The notes under the pieces are model-generated. The model was not told where the DNA came from, made no database searches, and saw only the letters and a list, made by a program, of their open reading frames with translations. DNA of 62,484 nt, counting the filler, from Dugesia japonica (Eukaryota): assembly GCA_001938525.1 (NCBI GenBank). It is 6 parts of 6 records of this genome, joined end to end, with 100 filler letters (N's around TTAATTAATTAA, not from the genome) between each part and the next. Parts side by side here need not be neighbours in the genome. Positions count along the whole stretch, not along the records: positions 44,213 to 53,479 come from MQRL01621434.1; positions 53,580 to 62,484 come from MQRL01348731.1; 4 more parts are not named here. One strand, written 5' to 3'. Shown here one piece after another: positions 52,201-62,484 of the stretch. Position numbers and translations under genes: made by a program. Position 1 is the stretch's first letter. Each line of letters begins with the position of its first letter.

Positions 52201-53191
52201 TTCGTTGATATCGCATTTACCCCAAATGTCAAAACCAATTGTGTACGATAACAACAATATTGTTATATTTTATATTACACACATACACGTACAAACATTT
52301 ATTTAATTTCTAATTTATTTATTAAGCTTTTTGTCTGTTTTATTTATTTGTTAAGCTTTATATTTATATTTTTACAAATTTGTTAATAAATTTAATTAAT
52401 GAATAAACTTTGAAAATAATGAATATAATTGTTCATTCCACAGATAACAGATTAGATCTTGTTTAATTTGTTATAATTATAAATCATTATTTGTAATTCA
52501 GTTAATTTTCACCAGTTCTATAATAATTAATAAAATGTTCTTGTTTACTTGGTTACATTCTTTCTGTCATTGTAATTAAACAATAATATTTATGTAATTA
52601 TTGACTCTATTATTTCTACAAAAACAAATTACATAAATAATAATTATTAAAGACAATTTTTCCTTCATAAAATTACTTGACAACATTTAAACCAAAATTA
52701 ATTATTTAAATATTTTAAATAAAAAAAATATGAAAAATATATTTTTAAAGATATTTTAAATATTATTTCAAAAAAAAATTTTTGTTTTTATTGAAAGCAA
52801 AATTTAAAAAAAACATTTGTTAATTTTTGTTAGAATAATTAATGAGTAAAAAAACTTTGAGTTTATTTATTTAAATTACAATAACTATTATCTTAAGACC
52901 TAAGTGCTTTCAAATGATAGCCGGAATTAAATTAGGAAATATATTTTAAAATAGTTTATGGAAAATAAATTATCAAAACAGAGTAAATTCCAATTTTGAC
53001 ATCAATAATTATCGGTGTTATCTGTATCATATCTATTTCCACATTTTTCACTTAAATTACTCATTTGAGAATATGATTAGTAATTAACACAAAATTTAAT
53101 CAATTAGGTATAACGAATATTGATATGATTTATTGATAATAGATAAATAAAACAATGAAATAACTAAATTGGATGTTGATAAAATCTTTTA

Positions 53192-53479
53192 GAAGTTTTA
53201 TTCCATTAATGGTAGTAAACATCCAAATATACTACCATGATCAAAAATACCCGGTCACACACTAATGCTATAAATGTAATTCTTATTTTTAATAGTTGCT
53301 ACATATATGTTTTACTACATCACCAAATTTCAGCTAAAAAAACCGTAATATGAAAAAGCTACAGTAATTTATGTAAATTAATTTTAATGTTATCTGTGTA
53401 GGATGGATGATAAAATTGAACAAAGAATTTGTATTAAATTTTAAAAAAATTAATATTAAAAAACGAAATTAAACGTACC
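53192..53479 (+). mobile_element. mariner 5' end, truncated by the contig end
   Basis: MDDKIEQRICIKF N-terminal motif preceded by a TIR-like segment. Confidence 0.65.
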
Positions 53480-53579
53480 NNNNNNNNNNNNNNNNNNNNN
53501 NNNNNNNNNNNNNNNNNNNNNNNTTAATTAATTAANNNNNNNNNNNNNNNNNNNNNNNNNNNNNNNNNNNNNNNNNNNN
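53480..53579. other. Artificial contig-joining spacer
   Basis: 44N-TTAATTAATTAA-44N. Confidence 0.95.
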
Positions 53580-53884
53580 AATACAATACAATAAGGCCTT
53601 TGTAAAATTTTATAATTATAATGATATCTCAATTCCACAAAACTCAAAACCAACTGATCTCGAATATTTAAAAATCATTTTAAAAAGTTTAATTTAATTT
53701 GTGTCTATATTAACTTTAAATATTCATTTATATTTAATAATGGTTTACAATTTCAAAATAAACAAGAAATGTTTTTTTAATAAAGAAGTAATTAAAATAT
53801 TTAATTAAAATCATCGATTAAAACAAAAGTTAAAAATAAGTTCTGAATTTAATTAATAATTTGAATATAGAAAATTTGTTATAG

Positions 53885-54695
53885 AAATTTACGCACGACA
53901 ATAACCAGCATTTGTGGTTTTATTAAATTTTGGAATCTCATAATGGATGGTTCTTTGAAATCCTACCATACTAACAATAAAGTATTTTCTCAGAGGAAGT
54001 TCAGTTTTACAAATAGGTAAATGTGTTTGTCTTGATGATAGCCATGATTTTGTCTAATTTGGATTACTGAATAAAATCAATTTTATACTTCAGCAAGAAC
54101 TTGTTGGAGAAATAAACATTAGCTCAACCTGAATAAAAGAGCTCTAAAAATTGTTACACCTTAAATTTTGTTTTAAATTAAAAGTTAATCTGGTACCCAA
54201 ATTTCTTTTTTCTGCACTTTGTTAAGTTACTTTAAACAATTTTGTTTTGTTGACTGTGAAATTTTAAGCTTTGTAGCTAGCTCGTNNNNNNNNNNNNNNN
54301 NNNNNNNNNNNNNNNNNNNNNNNNNNNNNNNNNNNNNNNNNNNNNNNNNNCACGTGATAAACTGTTGAGAACACTGAAATAACTATTTCTAAATTTTTGA
54401 ACCAACGTTGACTTCTTCTGATATTCAAGGCAGCAAGATAGACAGTTCTTTTGGTGTTTGTCAAATCGATGCCATTTTTAAAAATTCGAAAGTCAAAAAG
54501 CATCAAATGTTTAATTTGAGCACTATCTAAACATTGGTCTAATTTTTACAAAATTCATTGAACTTCTTTTAGAATTTAACAACAAACTCTGAAATATAAG
54601 TACGTTTAATATAAAATTGATTATCATAAATAATTAACAAAATAATTAATATGTAAAAAATTAGAAACGGACGAGATTACCTATGAGTACTAATT
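53885..54695 (-). mobile_element. mariner remnant
   Basis: LNIRRSQRWFKN (HTH) and NPN*TKSWLSSRQ...KTELP...IHYEIPKFNKTTNAGY. Confidence 0.65.
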
Positions 54696-56599
54696 AATAA
54701 AACTGATTTNNNNNNNNNNNNNNNNNNNNNNNNNNNNNNNNNNNNNNNNNNNNNNNNNNNNNNNNNNNNNNNNNNNNNNNNNNNNNNNNNNNNNNNNNNN
54801 NNNNNNNNNNNNNNNNNNNNNNNNNNNNNNNNNNTATTTGTTTAAAAAGCAAATGTATAACGTAGATAACGTATGTAGTTTCATTAAAACTGAACTATTT
54901 TCACGTGTTGTTAGACTAAGTGCAGGAACTGCTCCAAAAATGCATAAACACTGATTCAAATAATGTTTCATTCATCCAAAAATCTAAATTAATTATGCTA
55001 ATTACACAGTTTCTGTTGATATAAGTTTTTAAATATACAATTTTTAATTTTAATATTTTCCATTTAGCATTTATTTGTGTTCTAATTTTCATTCCAATTT
55101 TCATTTTATCGAATATTGGCTTTATAAACTACATAATAAGTTAGTTTAATTTACTTTATTATTGAATTGAATTTATTATTATTTAATATTGAGTACAGTT
55201 ATTCACTCTCTGCCAGGGGTGCACAACATACATGCAACTTTATTACTTGCGACGACTGATCCAAGTTCATGAAAAATCCAAAATATATTTTTTTATATAA
55301 ATATGATTCTATACAAACAATATTTCACAGATGCATAACGATCTACTGTTATGTCCAGTAACATAAATTAATTTTATTGAAAAGTCGTTAAAACATTGAA
55401 AAAATTAAGAATTTTATTTTAAAAAAATTAAGAATTTTAGCCGTCTTATATTCAGTATAATCGCATTAATCTTTAAAATAATGTAAATGTATTGAAATAA
55501 TACATTTGTAAATGTTGTTTTAAATATTTTTCAAGAAATTTATTAATTAAATAATCAAATATATTTCAGAATCAAGGCCTGTAAATTCCAATTCAAGACG
55601 GTCAACAAGAGGTAAAGTATTTTATTGCTTAATTCAATTCATTGAATAATCTCTTGGCTAAAATCAGTCAAAGTTAGATAAAAGTTAGATTCTGGAGAAT
55701 GTGCAATGAATTTTTATAGTAAAATAATTCCTTCCCTATTAAAAACGCATTAAAAAATTAATAATTTTGATTACGTAACCGATTACATAATTAGTTTCCA
55801 AACTATTTACACAATTTTTCGTTTGTATTGTCTATAAACATTTTTAGGACAGTCGCAAATTTATTATCAGTAGACAAGCAATATGGGATTGTATCAAGGA
55901 AAACTTTCCATCCATGCACTTTTTTCAAGATATATTCCTTGAGCAGTGTGTATTTAAGGATATTATTCTGTGACTATTTGGATAATATTGAATATGTTAT
56001 AAGGAATCTTCACATCCAAAAAGATTATAGGCCTAGTCCTGTTATTTATCAGCCTAATGTCAATGCGGTCAGTTCTACTGACAAATTCACAATCATGATC
56101 GACAATGACTTTATAGCTGGTGCTGAATCTAACAAAGCTAAAAACAGATCTTACTCATCATTGTATCTTCTAATGCAAAATAAAGAAGAAGAATCACAAT
56201 GACACAGAACATGTGCTTCAGTGTCGAGATGAAAAGAATATTTCCTGCAGGATTTAAAAGAAATATCAGGATCAGAACAAACAAGACAAAAGGGTGTTTG
56301 TTCTTGCCTTAAAAATGAAACTCCAGGTTTACATAATAATAGATACATAAAAAGTGGCTTTGTTGAGCAAGGAGAGGCACCAATTGCAGTTGAGAGCCTT
56401 CCTGACCTTATCAGACTGTNNNNNNNNNNNNNNNNNNNNNNNNNNNNNNNNNNNNNNNNNNNNNNNNNNNNNNNNNNNNNNNNNNNNNNNNNNNNNNNNN
56501 NNNNNNNNNNNNNNNNNNNNNNNNNNNNCTGTATACAAATACCAAATTCGTTCAGTTTGAACTAAATTTGTATAAAATACAATATATGAAGCTGAGCAA

Positions 56600-58130
56600 T
56601 TGCATCATGAACCTTACACCACCAACAGATACAATTTAAGTTAGTGGAGGCTATGGAAAGCTAATCCAGTTCTTATCTATGAGACACAGTTCGAATCGCT
56701 AGGAATGCTTAGTTGCAGCATGGACAAGATCATTGCTAGCCTATTTTGAACGACTGAATTGTACGGAATAATCGTTCCTTGCAGACGTGAGCCCGATCCC
56801 TCCAGTTTACGGGAACTATATAAACAGTCACAACTAGCCGTGGTTGGAAGAAATAAAAATCTTACGAATGCTGGACCAAATGCTTTTATATATACCTCGC
56901 AGTTTAATAAGAATAAAATTTTCATAATATTTGCTGCAGTCAAACTTTCCTAACGGAATGTTAAAGTTCCTGAACTCGAATGTGAAAATATAAGAAATAT
57001 AAGTTTGATACTCGTGGATTTTCTGCCAAGAATACAGTAGAGTTAGAAATATTTTCCAGATCCCTAGCAGCTTTATCAAACATTTCCATTGGTGTTTAAA
57101 ATTGTTCACGATTAAAATCGACCCCAAGATAGCGATAAGAGTCTTTATTCAACAGTTTTGGGACAGTCTCTTCTTTACTAAACATTTGAGCAAGCTCACC
57201 ATTTATAGGCCAAGGTAAATATGCGCACTTGCTTGGCCGAAAATCTAGATTTGACCGATCTGCGAATGTCACAGCGACATCAACCATATCCTGAAGGCTA
57301 GACTTGGAAAAGGCTACACATGCTAAATCATCTGCATATACCAAACAATATATAGAATGTCCAGTAGACAGAAGACAGTCTTGTCTAACTCTACTTATGT
57401 TGTTATATTAGTATAAATTTTTTGCAGATTTAATAGCTAGAGCAGTCAAAATATAGAGTCTGATTAATCTAGTAGACTTTTCACTGACACTCATTCGAGA
57501 CAACAGACTTACATTGAGCTCAATCGTTATAATACCGAAGGCATTAGCTATATCTAAAATTGCGATATGTAAGTAAACTTGACATATCTGTTTTTCTCAT
57601 CAAGTAGACATCGAAGTAAAAAATTGTGCCTAGAACAGTCTTCTGATTCACCAGCACCTTTCTGGATACCATGTAAAAATGTCGACTTCTTAGCCCAATT
57701 CAAAAGTTGAGATGCAAGACGTACCACAATAGCTTTTACAGACAGTCAAACAAGGCTATTCGTCTCCAAGACAAGGCAAGATGATAAGAACCAATCTTGC
57801 TAGGATTTGGTATCATTAAAGTTGAATACACTTTCCAACTGTCTAGTGTAATGCTGAAATCAATAATCTTTTTAAAATGACTGTAAATTATTTAAAATTT
57901 GAATCAACAAACCTTAGATTCTGATACGTAATATTCTTTATACTGGGAGAAGAAACATAAAGACTGAAAAGTATATTTTGGATTACAACGATTTCAGAGC
58001 AAACAAATTCAAAACTATCACTTCTAGTTTCCAATATTGGACATAAATTCCAGTTAGACAATGGTCTAACCTCGACTTTAGATTGAAAATAGGCTTCAAG
58101 GTCTTCATGAAAAGGAGAACAGACAGCTGT
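56600..58130 (-). mobile_element. Non-LTR retrotransposon RT remnant, RLE-type (R2/NeSL/Utopia-like)
   Basis: WRRIAL, IQKG, HNFLL, LDIANAFG, VRQDCLLS, YADDL, FRPSKC and YRYLG motifs in order. Boundaries approximate. Confidence 0.8.
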
Positions 58131-58639
58131 AGCCTAATTTGTATAAACATTTTACATCAGTTGGAAATCAAAATAAGACATAAAATTATTACAAAACATA
58201 ATAAATGATTATAATAATTCAATTCATTCTAGTATAAAAATACTCCTAAAGAAAATAGTGATAATCCTGAAAAACAGAAATAATGGATTAACGTAACCAT
58301 GGAAATAATAATTTAAAAGAGAAGCAAAAATTTAAAATCAGAGATTGAGTAAAAAATTAAATATAAATACATATTTGAAAAGGATTTACTGCAAAATAGA
58401 CTACTGAAATATTTGTAATTACTAAAGTATACAAAACTAAGTCAATAACTTCTGGAATAAAAATTTAACCCGAGAAAAGATTCTAGGAAGATTTTATGAT
58501 AAAGAACTTCAAAAAACTATTCTCTTATTACAAATTCTTTTGAAAGGAAATGTCTAATGGAAAAACTTTACCAATTTTTACTAAGAAAAGTGTCGCATGA
58601 TTATTCAACCATCCAGATGAGTAGAAATAATAAATCAAT

Positions 58640-59400
58640 TTGAGCTCCGCTCCAGAATTTATTTGCAAATGAACCTTTCTAAATGATATGAATAGATGTA
58701 AAGGGATTGTATAAATCAATTATTAATGGGTTTAAGTATATTCTGGGAATGATTGAATATTTTTAAAACATGTTTGTCTTATACCATGAAAAAGAATAGA
58801 TTCAAATCAAATTATTGAAGACCAATGGCTAAATTGGTTTACAACATTCAAGATTCCAAAACCAATTCCTCTTGATTGTGGAACGAATTTTATATCTTAT
58901 CAGTTGAGACAATTGTGTACTTTATTAGAAATAAAAAAGTCATTTACTTTACCTTATTATCAGCATTTAGACGGTTTCATGTAGAAAACAAGACCAAAAA
59001 AATGCATGATACGCGCAGTAACGGAAGACAAGGATATAAAGGATTGGAGCAAACTTATACTGACAGTTGAATATGATTAGAGATTCGCAACTCATAAAAC
59101 GATAAAATATTCATCGTATTAAATTAAATTTGGTCGTAAACCAAGGTTAAAATTTAGCAATATTTCTAAAGACAATGATGCCAAGGCACTTATTTATGAT
59201 TAGTTTATATTTAATATACAAAGTGAATTAAAATTGGTACACGAAAAAGTTAAAAAGAATGTAAAAACAATATACGATAGAAGAGCAGAAAAGTATGAAA
59301 GAACAAGATTCAATGGAAAACTAAATGTGGGAACTTTTGATAATGGTGAGTAACAAACACAAAGAAGAATATTCGGACTCTTCATTATTATTTCAATTTA
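58640..59400 (+). mobile_element. Gypsy integrase remnant
   Basis: APLQNLFANEPF*MI*IDVKG...GFKYILGMIEYF, WFTTFKIPKPIPLDCGTNF and FTLPYYQHLDG. Confidence 0.8.
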
Positions 59401-60199
59401 AAACAAATAATAATTTATAAGAGAAGAAAAAATTTAAAATTAGAGATTTAGTGAGAATCTTTAAATATAAATAAAAAAATATAAATTTTCACTTAAAGAG
59501 TGAAGAAAGTCAGCAAGTAATGCAGAACTATTATAATAAGATCAAACGCATTCACCAAGTCGACAAAAAGTACAAGTATTCAGAGCGGGAGAGGAAGAAA
59601 CAAACACGTCAGTAAGAAAAGATATCCAACTCCCTCTTCTAGAAATTCAAATTCTAAATATAATTGGTCAGTAAAGATATATTATTTTATTATAATAAAA
59701 AAAATAAATATATGTAAAAGAATTAATTCGAATAAGTTGTGGTTTAAATATTGGATGCATAGAGCTGGGGTGTTTATTATTAATACAACTTGGAAATTAT
59801 CTGTTTCCTTCTATAATAGTAAAATTGTTTAATTTAATAGTAAATATTTTAAATTTATTTCAGAATACCATTTACCAAGGCGAATAAATCCGAATCCATG
59901 GTGGACAACTAAAAGTAAAGTATTTTATTGCTTAATTCAATGGATATAATAATATCATGATTAAAAAACATTCAAAGGTAGATAATAGTTATATCCTGGA
60001 GCGCTAGAACACCTCCCGCCAACTATGTTTCATTATTTTTACAAGTTTCAGTGTTATAATATTTTAGACTTTTTATTATTGAACAAATTTAAAAAAAAAC
60101 TATTTTCAATTTTAACTTTATTGATCAAAATCGGCATGATACGTTTTCAATTTTGTTAAAGAATTGTTTTGGTCAAATGAAATCGTATCGTGTCATATT

Positions 60200-61420
60200 T
60201 GGTACCACTAAACCTCTAAATTGATTGCATTTGAAATTTTATTAAATTAAAAGCTTCGATAAAAATGTTGTTTTTTTACATTTTATTTCTTTTTTGGTAG
60301 TTATTAAAATTTTAAATTCTTGTTTACTTCAGGAATTTAATTTTTTGATTGAATGCATTTTTGGTTGTTTGCATAAAAATTGTTTGCATAAAAATTGTTT
60401 TCATTTTATTGAAATTTTATTGAATAATTTTTATTTAATTTAAATTAAATTTTTTTAAGCTTAATTTAATTATTATAATTATTATAAACTACATTGATTT
60501 TGGGTTTATCATCTTTGATCAATATTTCTTAATGTTATTTTCTATGGAGTGTAAAAATGTGGTTTGTTCCTAATGTTTTCAATGTTATATGATGTTTTCC
60601 TGGTAAACGTTTTTTGTCTGTGTTGAAGATTTCACTTTATTAATGTTTAAGATTTTCCGTAACTCTTGTTTAGATTGTTCTGCATGTTTCTTCTATATGC
60701 GTGTTTTTACTTCACGTTGCTTCATAAGTGATCCTTTTCTCATTACATATATTTCTACCATCACAAATGTACCCCAAAGGCTTTATCTTGGTTTCTGTAA
60801 TTGGATGCTTAAAAGTGCTTGCGTTTTGAATAAAAGTATTAGATTATGTTTGAGTTTATGTTTTGCATGATTTGGCTACATTTTACGTTAATAGAAAATA
60901 TAATTTGATTTAATTATTGTATTTGTTTTTAGTTTGATTTGTTTAAATTATGTTTTCAAGTCTAAATATTTAGATATAATTTAGAAATGAAATTGACTTC
61001 CTTCATGTTGATAAAAAATAAATTCTTAAATAATAGCTACCCAAATAAAAATATATCTAGTTCATTAGTTACAGATTTCAAACACATTCTTTAAATGTTT
61101 CTTTCACCTTAGTGTGTATAATATTTTCAGTAATGAATACTTCAATTGATCTATGAAATAAAGTTGCAATTAAGAGAAAATGTTTTCGATGATTCAATAG
61201 ACATCTTTTTTGGAATAGTAATTGAAAAGTATTTTATCTATCTTTTCTTAAAGAAAAGTTAATTTTTTTATCTACCAGTTCTCTTAGGATATTTTACTAA
61301 TTAAATTCTTTCTAAGCATTTGCATTGCATTTCTTATTACTTGTGACTAATAAGTGACCTCAAAATTACCGATTGCTTACTAATATTGGGAGCCATGGTG
61401 AGACCGTTTGTGATTCAAAC
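60200..61420 (-). mobile_element. Penelope-like element: RT to GIY-YIG plus downstream terminal repeat
   Basis: NGLTMAPNIS (RT), HIEETCRTI*TRVTE (GIY-YIG) and DDKPKIN (C-terminus), followed by the AAAAGCTTCGAT terminal-repeat family with a decayed hammerhead at ~60311-60333. Confidence 0.7.
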
Positions 61421-61658
61421 TCGCGTGTTATTGAACTACATCTTAACAGGACCTGATTATATAAATTTATGTAGATATAAATTACTTTTAAATCAGGAAT
61501 ATGAAATTCCAAATGTTAAATTTTTCTATTTTTCATTTAGAAATGATAATCATACATTCGATTTGGATTGGTTTACTAACTTTTATATATAGTATGTTTT
61601 TTATTAATTTAGTTTTAATAATTTTAATTAAAAATTCGTTTCATATTTCATAAATGTA

Positions 61659-61932
61659 AGTAGATAGAAATGAGGAATTTAGCGCAAAACATTTAACAGT
61701 TGCCATAACAACCGATACAAATTTCTTACGTAACGATAACAGAACTATTTTATAAACGTCACATAATAATTTCATATTGATTACGCAATGGTTGTGTAAC
61801 TATAATGAAATTGTTCCCTATTGAATGCTAAATAATATCGTAATGATCTTGCAATGATCACGATACGATAAAGCAAGGCTAATCAAATGACAACCGCTAC
61901 CCGCCGCATTAGACTCCCTCTTTCTATCGACT
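61659..61932. mobile_element. 274-bp MITE with AGT...ACT termini and a 6-bp TSD
   Basis: Left AGTAGATAGAAATGAGGAATTTAGCGC; right (reverse complement) AGTCGATAGAAAGAGGGAGTCTAATGC; flanks AATGTA and GATGTA. Confidence 0.7.
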
Positions 61933-62484
61933 GATGTAACACCTTGTTAGTTATATTCAAGCTTTGTTTGATGATATATATGATGAATAGGATATCATTT
62001 TGCTTTTATTTTTTACATATTTTACAAAATGAAATCTTTGAATTTGGTTATTGTAATGTTAGATATTAGGTTTGGAATAAAACAATGGAATGTCAACCGA
62101 TAATGTTGGTTCGTGAAAAAATATGTTGTTAGAAAGCGTTGTATAGTCAATATTAAATTGTTTAAATTATAGAATTCTAAGATTATATGAGATTGGAGCA
62201 CATAGGAATATCCCCCATTAACTAGGCCGACATTTTTACAACAGTTAAAAAATTGATAAAATATATACACAGAAATTTCAATATGTTATTCTTAATCGAA
62301 TATTATAAATATACATATGGGGTGCGAAAGAAATTCGACAATAAAATAATTTTACAGTGAAATTAATTTTGATATTAATTTTAAGATTAATTTTTCTATA
62401 GTAATTCCAACAACCTTTAAATATAAAAATATGAAATAATTTCGTATCTTATTTAAAAAATGACCATTTATATATATATATATA

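Noticed and set aside
55828-56202. 124-aa ORF
   Set aside because: Non-ATG start, no recognisable motif, and surrounded by decayed retroelement sequence.
59425-59475. KFKIRDLVRIFKYK, resembling the Polinton integrase C-terminal motif
   Set aside because: Only ~14 residues, adjacent to a Gypsy integrase tail with a similar motif; not distinguishable.

Overview
Very AT-rich eukaryotic nuclear DNA, probably from a triclad planarian. This is an inference from a mitochondrial insert with rrnS-trnL(UAG)-...-rrnL order, 46-63 bp GT-AG introns and (AAT)n microsatellites. The window is six contigs joined by artificial 100-bp spacers (44 N + TTAATTAATTAA + 44 N), so adjacency across 8831-8930, 17808-17907, 29310-29409, 44113-44212 and 53480-53579 is not proven. 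Host genes seen as in-frame spliced exons: an LRRC74-like LRR gene (+, 3 exons), an unknown K/E/S-rich protein with an exact PKKKRKV NLS (-, 3 exons) and a prominin (-, 7 exons over ~13 kb). Most other sequence is decayed mobile DNA: Ty3/Gypsy, Penelope-like elements (PLEs), an RLE-clade non-LTR element, mariner, maT DD37D, Tc1/IS630, pogo/Tigger and MITEs. Most notable: (i) a fossil Polinton/Maverick virion module (penton, pVI-like, major capsid, adenain protease) and a separate adenovirus pX-like ORF; (ii) several tiny non-coding elements with Polinton-type AGT...ACT termini, one with a near-perfect 6-bp TSD; (iii) a dispersed PLE terminal-repeat family with minimal hammerhead ribozyme cores and fold-back palindromes; (iv) duplicated symmetric micro-exons. 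All family assignments come from manual motif recognition; no database search was run.
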